The notes: generated by a model from the letters alone, not told the origin. Counted from the stretch's first letter, positions 52,639 to 63,376 are shown. The stretch is DNA of 64,000 nucleotides from Bdellovibrionota bacterium (GCA_040386775.1 JAZKEU010000008.1:169184-233183); one strand, 5' to 3'. Numbers and translations are program-made.

Positions 52639-54505
52639 TAAATACACCAACAACTTAAAAACCTGTGTCGATCAAATTGTTGGCCAAATTCTAAAGTCTT
52701 CTAAAAATAAAATCATAGTAGCGACTCCATTGGGCCTGGGAAAACCCAACGTACTACTCAATGCTGTTTACAATGAAGTAAAAAATAATCCTTCGCTCGA
52801 ATTGGAAATTCATACAGCATTATCGCTGGCTCGCCCAAAACCAAAAAGTGATCTAGAAGCCAAGTTTATAAAACTTTTTATAGAAAGGCAGTTTGGAAAA
52901 GACTACCCAGACCTCGAATATGTTTCAGACTTAAAATCCAATAACCTTCCCAAAAATATCTCTGTCAACGAATTCTACTTTCAATCCGGAGCTATGATAA
53001 ATATTGAGCAAGCACAAAGGCATCTGACCAGCGTGAACTACACTCATGTTCCAAGAGATATGGCGAGCCGGGGAGTGAATGCCCTATTACTTTTGATTGC
53101 CGAAAGAACTGTTAACGGTAAAAAAGAATTCAGCTTAAGCTGCAATCCCGATATTACTTTAGATTTACTTGATGCTTTAAAAAACAATCCTCCTCTCGTC
53201 GTCGGCGTGACTCACCCCGATTTACCATTTCTAGAAGGAGAAGCTCATGTTTCGGAAGATCTTTTTGATATTATCTTAGAAAATCAAAGTAACCACAAAC
53301 TTTTTGCTATTCCAAAGGCCATAGTGAGCGATACCGATTTTGCGATCGGATTTCACGCAAGTACATTGATCAAAGACAATGGTACTTTACAAATTGGCAT
53401 TGGATCTTTGTCTGATAGCTTGGTTTATAGCACGATCATCAGACATCAAAAGACTCATGTTTATAAAGACCTAGCAAATAAACTTATCATTTCAGATAAA
53501 CATAAAAACCTAATTTCAAAAGTTGGAGGAATGGATTCTTTTAAAGAAGGACTATTTGGGGCAAGCGAAATGGTCATGGATGGATTCATGCATTTACGTA
53601 AAGCTGGAATTCTAAAAAGAACCGTGGAGGATAAATGCTATCTTCGAGGTGCATTTTTCTTGGGCTCGAGCGAGCTCTATTCTTGGTTAAAGAATTTATC
53701 TCAAGAGGATTTCCAGGGAATTGAAATGACCCGGGTGACCAAAATTAATGATCTTTACGGAGAAGAACAAAAGCTAAGAAAACAGCTCGTGAACGCAAGA
53801 TTCTTCAACACATGCATGAATATGAGTCTTCTTGGTGCTGCGGCTTCAGATGGACTTGAGTCGGGGCAAATTGTCAGTGGGGTTGGGGGACAATATAATT
53901 TTGTAGCCATGGCTCACGAACTTGAAAATGGCAGATCTATTTTAATGTTGAGATCGACTCGTACAAAAAATGGAAAGACATCTTCTAATATTGTCTGGGG
54001 TTATGGTTATTGTACGATCCCAAGACATTTAAGGGACATCGTTATCACAGAATATGGCGCTCGCGATATCCGAGGTAAAAACGATGAGGATGTTATTATC
54101 TCTTTAATCCAAATCGCGGACTCTAGATTTCAAGATGAATTAATTGAAACTGCAAAAAAGTACGGAAAGCTATCAAAAACCTACCATTTAGACCCAATAT
54201 TTAAACAAAATCTTCCAGCAAATATTTCGAAAGCTTTTGAATCTATTAAAAAAGAAGGTCTTTATAAGCCATTTCCTTTTGGCTCAGATTTCACAGATGT
54301 AGAAGAACGTATTGTATTTGCGCTAAAAAAGCTCAAGAACAAATCAAAACTAGGATTGGTGATTGAGTTAGCAAAGTCCTTATTCAGCCGCATAGATCCA
54401 ACAGAGTACAAAGAGGAACTGACAAGAATGGATCTTTTGCAAACCAAAAGCTTTAAAGAAAAAGCCTATCAAAAGTTGTTATTATTAATGCTCAAGTGGT
54501 CTTAA
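52628..54505 (+). CDS. acetyl-CoA hydrolase/transferase-family protein
   Basis: SGVGGQYNFVAMAHEL (a GGQxxF-type motif) and 625-aa size. It overlaps the upstream gene by 11 nt. Confidence 0.65.
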   Translation: MQNNKYTNNLKTCVDQIVGQILKSSKNKIIVATPLGLGKPNVLLNAVYNEVKNNPSLELEIHTALSLARPKPKSDLEAKFIKLFIERQFGKDYPDLEYVSDLKSNNLPKNISVNEFYFQSGAMINIEQAQRHLTSVNYTHVPRDMASRGVNALLLLIAERTVNGKKEFSLSCNPDITLDLLDALKNNPPLVVGVTHPDLPFLEGEAHVSEDLFDIILENQSNHKLFAIPKAIVSDTDFAIGFHASTLIKDNGTLQIGIGSLSDSLVYSTIIRHQKTHVYKDLANKLIISDKHKNLISKVGGMDSFKEGLFGASEMVMDGFMHLRKAGILKRTVEDKCYLRGAFFLGSSELYSWLKNLSQEDFQGIEMTRVTKINDLYGEEQKLRKQLVNARFFNTCMNMSLLGAAASDGLESGQIVSGVGGQYNFVAMAHELENGRSILMLRSTRTKNGKTSSNIVWGYGYCTIPRHLRDIVITEYGARDIRGKNDEDVIISLIQIADSRFQDELIETAKKYGKLSKTYHLDPIFKQNLPANISKAFESIKKEGLYKPFPFGSDFTDVEERIVFALKKLKNKSKLGLVIELAKSLFSRIDPTEYKEELTRMDLLQTKSFKEKAYQKLLLLMLKWS

Positions 54506-54627
54506 TACACATTACTGATAAGTTATATTATGTTACACAATGAGTTAGTATGTAGTTGATTTTACTATGATCCTCACGTAAATTTTAATGAACAGGCGAA
54601 ATCTTAAAATACCTCAGCAAGGATCAT

Positions 54628-54834
54628 ATGGGCTTAATTTCAGCAATTACTTCTTTTGTCTTTGGAAAAAAACCTAAACTAGAATTCACTAAAAATGGAC
54701 GTGTCTGTCATGACCATCCTGAAAAAAAATGGGAAGATTGGAAAAATAGATTCCGTCAAAACCCAGATTACAATTGGAGAAGTCATTCAGGTACCAAAGG
54801 TGTACCTCAATTGAAATCTAAAAAAATAAAATAG
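54628..54834 (+). CDS. small basic hypothetical protein
   Basis: 68 aa. Its stop overlaps the GTG start of the next gene by 1 nt. Confidence 0.4.
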   Translation: MGLISAITSFVFGKKPKLEFTKNGRVCHDHPEKKWEDWKNRFRQNPDYNWRSHSGTKGVPQLKSKKIK

Positions 54835-55634
54835 TGACTAAAAAAAACATTACCGTCATTTCACTAGTTCCTTCATGGACTGAAACTCTTCTCGAGTGCG
54901 GCGTTAATGTGATTGGCAGAACTCGTTTCTGTATTCATCCATCAGCTGAAGTCGAAGACATTCCTATAATCGGCGGCACCAAAGAAGCTGACTGGGACAA
55001 AATCAAATCCATGGAACCTGATTTTGTATTGATGGATAAAGAAGAAAATACCAAAGAAATGGCAGACGAGTGTCCCTGCCCTACGATTTTCACGCATGTT
55101 CAGTCATTGAATGATGTCTCCGTAGCACTTTTAACTATGAGTGAGAAGCTTGAGAACGAAAAGTTATTCAACCTTGCGGGCCGATGGCAAGCTCTCGCAC
55201 AAACTCCAAATTTTGCGGTGAAAGACTTAAATAAACTTCCAGGACTTATTCAATGGATTCGACATCCTGAAAAGAAAATTCAAAAAATTCTCTACGTTAT
55301 TTGGAGAAATCCATGGATGACGGTAAATAGAGAAACCTTTATTTCTTCGGTTTTGACAAAACTTGGAATCGAAAAATACTTAGTGGATTTTGAAGAAAAA
55401 TATCCAGAAATAGATCTAAAGGATTTCAATTCAGATACGACATTATTGCTTTTTTCTACAGAACCATATCCTTTTGAAAAGAAAGTGGCGGAAATAAAAA
55501 TGCTCCCCTTTCCTTCGCTGATCGTGAATGGGGAGTGTTATAGTTGGTTTGGATTGAGATCTTTGATTTTCTTAGAAACTCAAGAGCAACTCTTTAAACC
55601 CAAGAAACGACTTTTTAACATCGTTTCTCGGTGA
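54834..55634 (+). CDS. BtuF/TroA-like helical-backbone metal receptor family protein (no signal peptide)
   Basis: ITVISLVPSWTETLLECGVNVIGRTRFC and PDFVLMDKEEN resemble class III periplasmic binding proteins. Confidence 0.45.
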   Translation: MTKKNITVISLVPSWTETLLECGVNVIGRTRFCIHPSAEVEDIPIIGGTKEADWDKIKSMEPDFVLMDKEENTKEMADECPCPTIFTHVQSLNDVSVALLTMSEKLENEKLFNLAGRWQALAQTPNFAVKDLNKLPGLIQWIRHPEKKIQKILYVIWRNPWMTVNRETFISSVLTKLGIEKYLVDFEEKYPEIDLKDFNSDTTLLLFSTEPYPFEKKVAEIKMLPFPSLIVNGECYSWFGLRSLIFLETQEQLFKPKKRLFNIVSR

Positions 55635-55645
55635 AGTTTAAATCT

Positions 55646-57052
55646 TTATTTAAGTGAGTACCCTTTTCTTTGCATATCATTCATGATTTTAGTACTTACA
55701 GCCTGATTATTGATTTCGCCTTTAGCCAGACCTATATAACGAGAAGCCGTAAAAGAACTTGCATCATTACCACGAACCAAGAATGCACCTTTTCTTGAAA
55801 CAATCATTTCAAAATCATTGTCCAACAATCCATTCCAAGAATAAGTTACTTTCTCAATTCCATAAGGTTTGCTTACGCGAACAGTTAGACGTTTATCGGT
55901 ACATTCTTCGATATTACCTTTAACTCCGTTAACGATAAGAATGTTTCCAGAATTTGAAACACCGCTGACAGGCTGTTGAATGTTTGCACCAATTCCTGTT
56001 GTATTGTTATTTTCTTTACCAGAGATTGAGCCACGATAAGCCATTTCATCAGACTTCACTATTTCATTAAATTGAGATACGACGTTCTTTGATTGATTTT
56101 GACTTAATAAAGTTGCTTCTATAAATACTGACAATGTACTCACTTGATTTGATGAATCCAAAATGTATTTGTTCATTTTTTCGAGATCCATACATTTCCC
56201 CATATCAGCCGAAGGTACCATAGCTCCACTAGATTGAACGGTGTCCTGCGTAGATGTGTTTGCATCAACGGCCTTCGTCGTTTGCGATGTTGTCGCTTTA
56301 GGAATTACGGCAACGGATTGAGTTGACGTAGATTTTGGTGCCTCGCGAACTGCCACTTTGGAAGAAGAATCTTTACAAGCTAATGCTTTGTAATCTTCTA
56401 AATCATAAACATAATTTTCTTCACTAGATGAGTCATCTGGAAGCTTACAGATCAATTTTGGCTTTTTAGGATTTTCTTTTTTGCAGTCCACTGAAATGTT
56501 TTGCTTACAATCATTTTGTTCTTCTGGTTCTGAATCATTTGGTGGTACCGGATTGATGGGACCAACTATTACCTGTCCACCTTGTTGAGATGTCCATGAA
56601 CCTGAATCACGTTTTCTCTTGCTTGCATGGGAATATCTCTCCCAAGTCCCTTTAACCTGAACAGCACAACCTTGTTTGTAGTAACAATTGGATCTGATTT
56701 CAGGAACGCAGTAATTAAATGTCATCGCGAAGCTCTGACAATATTGAATAAAATTTTGTCTTACAACCATTGGGTTACAAAGTCTTTCACCATCTCTTGC
56801 TAACCAACCACAATAAGACCTGAGGTCTGAAAACATTTGACCCGGGCCTTGGCAATTGGCTTGGCTTGGAAGTTGATATCCTGGCATTGGTTGTGGACCA
56901 TTAGGGTAATACCCATTACCGTACATTTGATCCGTTGGCGTCGTTCCATAAGGAAGTTGCGGCTGAGGGGTCGAATTTCCGTCTTTCTTTTTGCTACAAG
57001 CGACGAAAAATGTTACTGCCAGAACCAATATAACTAAGTTTAGCATTTTCAT
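55646..57052 (-). CDS. lipoprotein with Pro/Gln/Tyr-rich N-terminal region, unknown function
   Basis: The start is moved to MKMLNLVILVLAVTFFVACS, with GGAG 9 nt upstream. The protein is Cys-rich. Confidence 0.5.
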   Translation of the reverse strand: MKMLNLVILVLAVTFFVACSKKKDGNSTPQPQLPYGTTPTDQMYGNGYYPNGPQPMPGYQLPSQANCQGPGQMFSDLRSYCGWLARDGERLCNPMVVRQNFIQYCQSFAMTFNYCVPEIRSNCYYKQGCAVQVKGTWERYSHASKRKRDSGSWTSQQGGQVIVGPINPVPPNDSEPEEQNDCKQNISVDCKKENPKKPKLICKLPDDSSSEENYVYDLEDYKALACKDSSSKVAVREAPKSTSTQSVAVIPKATTSQTTKAVDANTSTQDTVQSSGAMVPSADMGKCMDLEKMNKYILDSSNQVSTLSVFIEATLLSQNQSKNVVSQFNEIVKSDEMAYRGSISGKENNNTTGIGANIQQPVSGVSNSGNILIVNGVKGNIEECTDKRLTVRVSKPYGIEKVTYSWNGLLDNDFEMIVSRKGAFLVRGNDASSFTASRYIGLAKGEINNQAVSTKIMNDMQRKGYSLK

Positions 57053-57259
57053 AAAGCTCATCTCCGTTAGTTTCATTTTAAAACCATCATGTAACTATTA
57101 CATAGCAATGACCAGACCAAGAGGCATATTTATACCTCTTCGTAGGGCTTGATTTATTAAGCTGTCATTAAGGGAATATTAAGCAAAACCGATACATTAA
57201 TGAGACAACAATTGCCCCTTTCCAAGAAGGAAATAGGCATTTTTAAAGGGATTTTTAGA

Positions 57260-58207
57260 ATGAAAAAGTTAATATTCGTTGGGGCTTTATCTTACCTGGC
57301 AGTTTTTTTATTTGTTTCGTGCAGTCCTCAAGAGGGAGAAATATTCCATGGAGCTTTGGGTTTAAATGAAGCCCGGGTTATTGTTTCTTCTTCTATTGCT
57401 GGATCACAACTTATAACTATGTTTGATCAAGATGGGAATTACCTTAAGACTCTATATGATTATACGGATATCGCCGGCACTCCAAGAGGTTTGGCAAAGC
57501 ACTCTGCGATCAGCTTTATTGCGGCTATTGATGGTCTAAACCAGTTCGATATCCTGAGTATTGATGGATCGAGATCCGTATGGTCTACGCACACTCAAGT
57601 GACCGCAACTTTTTACGATATGATTCAAGACTCCGCCAACAATATGTATGCTATTGAAGTTGTAACGCCCGCGTCTAACAATCAGATAGAGAAGTTTGAT
57701 TCGATGGGAAAAAGAATTCCTATCTCCGCAACCACCGCTTATATCAACAACGCCTTAGGAGGATGTACACTGAGCACACCAACATCCATGGCCATTAATT
57801 CTAATGGCCAATTGACAGTTGCTAATAACGTTACGAGTACTATCAGTGTTTATAATCTAGGAGCAACACCAACATGTGCGGTACAAACAGCCTTCGGAAA
57901 TAACCCGAGAGGTTTACTTGCCCACAGTAACGGCTCTTTATATGTAGTGACGATAGCCAATGCACAGGAAACTCTTTGGAGAGCAGACTCCCAAGGGGCA
58001 AATGCTCAGTCTCTTTTTGCAAACAACATCACCATTCTCCAAGATGGGTTTGCAATGGCAGAGCTTCCTAACGGAAATATTTTAGTATCATCTTTCGGAA
58101 CAGATTCCATTGTAGAATTCACTGAAGATGGTACTTACGTTAAAAATTTTGCAAAGTCTGCATACACCAATGATGTTTACGATATTCTAGTATTAGGAGG
58201 AAATTAA
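57260..58207 (+). CDS. lipoprotein, NHL/beta-propeller-like repeats
   Basis: The start is moved to MKKLIFVGALSYLAVFLFVSCS. Repeated short strands ending in G-x-L-Y-V or A-I-type turns. This is a weak call. Confidence 0.35.
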   Translation: MKKLIFVGALSYLAVFLFVSCSPQEGEIFHGALGLNEARVIVSSSIAGSQLITMFDQDGNYLKTLYDYTDIAGTPRGLAKHSAISFIAAIDGLNQFDILSIDGSRSVWSTHTQVTATFYDMIQDSANNMYAIEVVTPASNNQIEKFDSMGKRIPISATTAYINNALGGCTLSTPTSMAINSNGQLTVANNVTSTISVYNLGATPTCAVQTAFGNNPRGLLAHSNGSLYVVTIANAQETLWRADSQGANAQSLFANNITILQDGFAMAELPNGNILVSSFGTDSIVEFTEDGTYVKNFAKSAYTNDVYDILVLGGN

Positions 58208-58208
58208 G

Positions 58209-58787
58209 GTGAAGATCTTAATCTCTATCATTACACTCTTAGCAACGCTACCTGCCTTTGCGAATTTTAATAATTCATTCTTAGATGGAAGCCTTGGTTA
58301 TCCTTTCGATCTTTCAATTGAAAACCCTGATGGGACCATGGCTTACTATGACGGCTTCGCTTTCAAAACCGCCTTTCATTATAACTTTTCAGATAACAGA
58401 AGTGAAACTGCCTATGGCTTTTCATTTCATTATAAATACCTAAAGCTCGATAATACAAAAAAATCCACTGTTTCTGAGACGGCCATTCATAAGGGCGTTG
58501 GGGTGGGGATCTTTGCTAAGGTCTCAGGGTTTTATCTAGGCGTTAATTATTCTATTATGAAAGCTACTCACCAAAGCTCTGGAAATGTTTCAGCATTGGA
58601 TGAGTTCAAATATAATCCCATTACCGCAGAATTGTCTTATACGGTTCCCTATGGAAATATGATTGAGATTGGTCCTGGAGCTTCATACTCTTTTGCTGAC
58701 TTAAGTAAAACTGAAACCGGTTTGTCTAAAGATTCTTCTTACAAAGAAAAGATCGTTTGGCTGAAAATCATCTTCTTCTTTAAATAA
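58209..58787 (+). CDS. small exported beta-rich protein (possible OM barrel)
   Basis: GTG start with AGGAGG lying inside the end of the upstream gene. Signal peptide ending PAFA and an alternating aromatic pattern. Confidence 0.35.
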   Translation: MKILISIITLLATLPAFANFNNSFLDGSLGYPFDLSIENPDGTMAYYDGFAFKTAFHYNFSDNRSETAYGFSFHYKYLKLDNTKKSTVSETAIHKGVGVGIFAKVSGFYLGVNYSIMKATHQSSGNVSALDEFKYNPITAELSYTVPYGNMIEIGPGASYSFADLSKTETGLSKDSSYKEKIVWLKIIFFFK

Positions 58788-58849
58788 AATTCTTCATGAA
58801 CAATATACAATTTTAATCCTTTTCAAAAAAAATCAAGTATAACTCTGTC

Positions 58850-59734
58850 ATGAAAAGAATTGTGGGGATTCTAATTGGGGTAATGCTATTTGGTAGTTTT
58901 GCTAGCTTAAGTCAAGCTGGTGAATTCAAAGACTGCTCTTCTTTCATTGAAGAATGTATTGCGCAGTATTCCCCTTATTCATCTTTTTATATAAATTCAC
59001 CTCAAAATACTAAAGCAGTGGTTTTAGTTCATGGCCTGACAGACTCCCCTTATTTCACAAAAGACCTTGCCCTGCTTTTAAATCAGAACGGCTATAATGT
59101 TTATTCTGTCCTTCTCTCTGGCCACGGAACTAAGGTGGAAGAACTTTTCGAAATCACTTCACAACAATGGCTGATGGATATTGAACAAGCAATTCTATTT
59201 GCTCTAAAAAATTCTCGCGTAAAAAAAGTTGCCCTTTCTGGTTTTTCCATGGGCGGAGTTTTGATCTCCTCTCTGGCTCAAGATCCCTATTGGAAAAACA
59301 AGATCTCCACTTTGATTCTTATGGCTCCTGCTTTTAAAATCAAAAAAAACTTAGGTATAGTAATGTGTGCTTCGGGTGCTTACCGCTTAAAAACTTGGGC
59401 CGCGAATAGTCCCGAAAAATCTCCTATTCGTTACAACCAAATGCCTTTTTACTCTGTATGCGAACTAACGGACCTCAGTGCAATTGTGCGAAAAAATGCA
59501 AAGTCCATATCTACCCCTGTCTTTATGGTGGTTACAGATGGTGATCAAACCATAAATACGCAAGCGGCAATAGAAACACTCAGAGATATGTCCTCAAATG
59601 ACAAAAAATTATTTTATATTAAAAATCTAAAAACCTCTCACACTGATTTGGTTTTTAGAAACGACCCTCTTGCCAAAAAAAAGAACCCCCAGTTTGATCA
59701 AATGGGTCAAAGAATTATCCAATTCCTAAAATAG
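58850..59734 (+). CDS. secreted alpha/beta-hydrolase (esterase/lipase type)
   Basis: Signal peptide, an HGLTDSP oxyanion-region motif and the nucleophile elbow GFSMGG. Confidence 0.7.
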   Translation: MKRIVGILIGVMLFGSFASLSQAGEFKDCSSFIEECIAQYSPYSSFYINSPQNTKAVVLVHGLTDSPYFTKDLALLLNQNGYNVYSVLLSGHGTKVEELFEITSQQWLMDIEQAILFALKNSRVKKVALSGFSMGGVLISSLAQDPYWKNKISTLILMAPAFKIKKNLGIVMCASGAYRLKTWAANSPEKSPIRYNQMPFYSVCELTDLSAIVRKNAKSISTPVFMVVTDGDQTINTQAAIETLRDMSSNDKKLFYIKNLKTSHTDLVFRNDPLAKKKNPQFDQMGQRIIQFLK

Positions 59735-59803
59735 AAGCTTGTCCGCAGTACCCTCTTTAACTCATAATAAGAGCTGTTGGCTAATCTACAGGCGAGGGTT
59801 TTT

Positions 59804-60331
59804 ATGAGTTCGAAATTATTCTGGATTGATCTTGAGATGACCGGCCTTGATGTAGAAAAAGAAGTCATTATCGAAGCCGCTGTTATTGTAACAGACTATA
59901 AATTCAACGAACTCGAGACCTACCACGCCGTCGTTAGACAACCAAAGACCTATCTAGACAAGATGGACGAGTGGAATTCAAAAACTCACAAAGAATCAGG
60001 TCTTTTAGAGCAAATACCTAATGGAAAAGATCCAGGTGTCGTAGAAAAAGAACTCGTAGAGCTCGCTAAAAAGCATTTCGGCACAGAGAAAGTCGTAATA
60101 GCTGGTAATTCCATAGGACATGACAAGCTTTTCTTAACCCATCACTTTAAGGAATTTGCAAAGCTCCTACATTACAGACTTTTGGACGTGACTTCATGGA
60201 AACTAGTCTTCAAAGACATGCTTAAAATCAAACACGACAAGAAAAATACTCACCGCGCCCTGGACGATATTCGTGAAAGCATCGATGAATTAAAACACTA
60301 TATGAAATTCATCAAAACTGATTCAAAATAG
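59804..60331 (+). CDS. orn: oligoribonuclease
   Basis: The start is moved to the ATG preceded by GAGGG. LFWIDLEMTGLD, GNSIGHDKLFL and HRALDDIRESIDELKHY are the DEDDh exonuclease motifs in Orn order. Confidence 0.9.
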   Translation: MSSKLFWIDLEMTGLDVEKEVIIEAAVIVTDYKFNELETYHAVVRQPKTYLDKMDEWNSKTHKESGLLEQIPNGKDPGVVEKELVELAKKHFGTEKVVIAGNSIGHDKLFLTHHFKEFAKLLHYRLLDVTSWKLVFKDMLKIKHDKKNTHRALDDIRESIDELKHYMKFIKTDSK

Positions 60332-60335
60332 AATC

Positions 60336-61022
60336 ATGACTATATTGATTTCGATTCTATTGACCTTATCTAATTTTGTACAGGCAACTCCCGCATGTTC
60401 GACCACTCCACAAAAAATTGCCGGCATTGAAGAGATTTGCGACGAAGCTCTACCAAAATGTATCGCTGAAGTTGGCGGAGCCGAAAAAATTGCAGCCACT
60501 CTAAATGATTCTAAAAATAAAGTTGATACTGATGAACTCTTTACGAGACTCATTTTTGCGGAAAGCTTAGCTTCCGGTTGCAATATCAATGATCCAGAAA
60601 TTTTTGAAAGCATTGCTTGGACCTTAAGAAACAGACTCGCTAGAAAAAAAATGTATGGAGGAAATAATGATGACCGTTCGGTTGCATTTAAACCCCAACA
60701 GTTTAGTTCCAGCACCGGCCCATGCGATGTTTCAAAGAGAACTGAATTCTTTTGTCCTACAAAAGATAAGGAGTTCGAAGCTGTATGGCTAAAAGCCTCT
60801 CAAGCCTGGGCAAAAACAAAGACTGCAAAAAATCCTATCCCAACGGTTCGCCATTATTTTTTTTCAAAGCATTTTGATAAATCAGCGCCCAAAGGTAAGA
60901 AATTTCCGGATGGAACAATCGGTTGTCAACATTACAAAGGCATACCTGCTAGCTGGGAAAAACCTGGAGATAAAGTTAAATCCATCGGCACCTGCGCAAC
61001 ATTCCACAACGTGAAAGAATAA
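60336..61022 (+). CDS. exported cell-wall hydrolase-like protein (SleB/Hydrolase_2-like)
   Basis: Signal peptide. LFTRLIFAESLASGC...ESIAWTLRNRL resembles the SleB-family core. Confidence 0.4.
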   Translation: MTILISILLTLSNFVQATPACSTTPQKIAGIEEICDEALPKCIAEVGGAEKIAATLNDSKNKVDTDELFTRLIFAESLASGCNINDPEIFESIAWTLRNRLARKKMYGGNNDDRSVAFKPQQFSSSTGPCDVSKRTEFFCPTKDKEFEAVWLKASQAWAKTKTAKNPIPTVRHYFFSKHFDKSAPKGKKFPDGTIGCQHYKGIPASWEKPGDKVKSIGTCATFHNVKE

Positions 61023-61023
61023 A

Positions 61024-61051
61024 AAAACCCAAAGCTTTCACTTTGGGTTTT
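61024..61051. terminator. bidirectional rho-independent terminator
   Basis: A7, stem CCCAAAG / CTTTGGG, then T4, between convergent genes. Confidence 0.8.
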
Positions 61052-61076
61052 CGTTAAATCAGAATGTAAATTCTAA

Positions 61077-62414
61077 TTAATATCTATAATGCTCTGGCTT
61101 ATAAGGACCGTTTTTATTCATTCCAAGATACTTCGATTGTTTATCAGAAAGCTCAGTCAAATGAACACCGAGTTTACCAAGGTGAAGCTTTGCCACTTTC
61201 TCATCAAGCTCTTTTGGAAGTCTGTAAACTTTAACTTCTTTGTACTTAGCCGTATTATTGTAAAGTTCCATTTGCGCCATAACTTGGTTTGTAAATGAGT
61301 TACTCATTACAAAGGATGGATGTCCCGTACCGCAACCTAAGTTCACCAGACGACCTTCAGCCAATATAATTACATATTTGCCATCTTTTAAGATGTGCTT
61401 ATCAACTTGTGGTTTGATTGTGTCTTTCTTAGAGTTTTTGTTAAGCCACGCCATATCGATTTCGATATCGAAGTGACCAATGTTACAAACAATAGCTCCG
61501 GGTTTCATCGCTTTGAAATGTTTTTCCGTGATGATATCGCAGCAACCTGTTGCCGTGACAAATATGTCAGCCTCTTTACAAGCTTCTTCCATTGTTACAA
61601 CTTGGAATCCATCCATAGACGCTTGAAGCGCACAGATCGGATCGATTTCAGTGATGAGAACTCTTGCTCCAAAACCTTTTACTGAATATGCAGAACCTTT
61701 TCCAACATCTCCATATCCAGCCACAACTACAACTTTACCAGCAAGCATAACGTCTGTTGCTCTTTTGATACCGTCCGCTAGAGATTCTCTGCAACCGTAG
61801 AGGTTATCGAATTTTGATTTTGTTACTGAATCGTTGATATTGATAGCGGGAACTTTTAATTTTCCAGCTGCATGCAATTTTTCAAGGTTATGAACACCTG
61901 TTGTTGTCTCTTCAGAAAGACCGATGATTTTTTTGATGAGTTTTGCAAAACGTGGCTCATGCATCATGTTCGTAAGATCACCACCATCATCGAGGATCAT
62001 GTTAAAACCTTCTGGCCCCCAACCGGTGATAGTTTGTTCGATACACCATACGAATTCTTCTTCAGACTCACCTTTCCAAGCAAATACGGGAATTCCCGCT
62101 GCTGCGATGGCACAAGCTGCGTGATCTTGTGTTGAAAAGATATTGCAAGAAGACCATCTGATCTCTGCGCCTAATTTAATTAATGTTTCGATTAATACTG
62201 CTGTTTGAATTGTCATGTGGAGACAACCTGCGATTCTTGCACCTTTTAAAGGTTTCTTTTTTCCGAATTCAGCCACTAACGACATTAATCCTGGCATTTC
62301 TGTTTCTGCGATTTCGATTTCTTTTCTTCCCCACTCAGCAAGTTCTTTGAACTTCTTGGGGTCATTCATCGCTTCTTTACAAACTTTGTAGTCAGGTTTT
62401 TTATTTTTAGTCAT
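61077..62414 (-). CDS. ahcY: adenosylhomocysteinase
   Basis: The start is moved to M13 with an AAGGA SD. DDGGDLT, the NAD-binding segment [23 protein letters not shown] and the terminal PYKPEHYRY are present. Confidence 0.95.
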   Translation of the reverse strand: MTKNKKPDYKVCKEAMNDPKKFKELAEWGRKEIEIAETEMPGLMSLVAEFGKKKPLKGARIAGCLHMTIQTAVLIETLIKLGAEIRWSSCNIFSTQDHAACAIAAAGIPVFAWKGESEEEFVWCIEQTITGWGPEGFNMILDDGGDLTNMMHEPRFAKLIKKIIGLSEETTTGVHNLEKLHAAGKLKVPAININDSVTKSKFDNLYGCRESLADGIKRATDVMLAGKVVVVAGYGDVGKGSAYSVKGFGARVLITEIDPICALQASMDGFQVVTMEEACKEADIFVTATGCCDIITEKHFKAMKPGAIVCNIGHFDIEIDMAWLNKNSKKDTIKPQVDKHILKDGKYVIILAEGRLVNLGCGTGHPSFVMSNSFTNQVMAQMELYNNTAKYKEVKVYRLPKELDEKVAKLHLGKLGVHLTELSDKQSKYLGMNKNGPYKPEHYRY

Positions 62415-62474
62415 AGGTAGTCCTTTAAGAGTTTTTGCAGTATCTAACATTTTATCTCCGGTGTTTTTTTATTT

Positions 62475-62496
62475 AGTGCTCACTCCAGTGAGCACT
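62475..62496 (-). other. intercistronic hairpin between map and ahcY
   Basis: AGTGCTCACT / AGTGAGCACT (9-10 bp) lies 3 nt after the map stop. On the transcribed strand it is followed by an A-rich rather than a U-rich tract, so it is not a canonical terminator. Confidence 0.4.
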
Positions 62497-62498
62497 GT

Positions 62499-63272
62499 TT
62501 AAGGTGTCGTTAATATCTCATAGCCTGTGTCGGTGATCAACACTGTGTGCTCGAATTGTGCGGATAGCGCACCATCTCCTGTTTTGTAGTACTTTATACT
62601 CGACCCAGGAATGTCGAATTCTATAAGCTCTGAATCTGTTTCGTTGATCATGGGCTCAACTGTTATGCAAGTGAAGGGCTTTAAGATCTCGCCACGGCCT
62701 TTTTTGCCAAAAGAAGGTACAAACGGGTCAAGATGAAAGTTCCTACCAATACCGTGCCCACCGATCTCTTTAACAGCAGCATAACCAATTCTTGTGACAT
62801 ACTTATTGGTTTCAAAACCAATGTCGCCTGTGAATCCGTTAGGAGTAATGGCTTCAATGCCTTTAATCATGGCTTGTTCAGCCGCTTCCGTAAGTCTTTT
62901 TGCTTTATCGCTCACGTTACCTACAAAAAAAGTCTTTGAAGTGTCTCCATAGAAGCCACCAAGCAGTGCTGTAACATCCACATTCACGATATCCCCATCT
63001 TTCAATATGGTTTCATCTGGAAACCCATGACAAATTACATCGTTGATTGAGGTGCAGCTTGCCCACTTATAACCGTAATAGCCTATGGTCGCGGGAACGG
63101 CGCCGTTTCTTCTCATGAAGTCATCAACGATTTTATCGATTTCAATAGTCTTAATACCTGGTTTTACATATGGAGAAACGTGATCAAGAGTTCTTGCAGC
63201 CAACTGACAAGATTTTTTCATTTGCTTGATGTCATCAAGGGTTAATACTTGTGGTTTTTTATCGTAGGTCAT
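62499..63272 (-). CDS. map: type I methionine aminopeptidase
   Basis: Metal ligands are in order (DIVNVDVT, GFYGDTSKTF, GHGIG, VEPMI, EHTVLIT). Confidence 0.95.
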   Translation of the reverse strand: MTYDKKPQVLTLDDIKQMKKSCQLAARTLDHVSPYVKPGIKTIEIDKIVDDFMRRNGAVPATIGYYGYKWASCTSINDVICHGFPDETILKDGDIVNVDVTALLGGFYGDTSKTFFVGNVSDKAKRLTEAAEQAMIKGIEAITPNGFTGDIGFETNKYVTRIGYAAVKEIGGHGIGRNFHLDPFVPSFGKKGRGEILKPFTCITVEPMINETDSELIEFDIPGSSIKYYKTGDGALSAQFEHTVLITDTGYEILTTP

Positions 63273-63349
63273 TGAGAAATTTTATGTTACCGACTTTGAA
63301 TATTCAATGAAATACAGATTTTAAGTAATTTTTGGACATAAAAAAACCC

Positions 63350-63376
63350 GTATATTGCTATACGGGTCCTCAATAA
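63350..63376 (-). terminator. rho-independent terminator of the SWIB gene
   Basis: Stem CCCGTATA / TATACGGG with loop TTGC. On the minus strand it is followed by T7. Confidence 0.8.
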
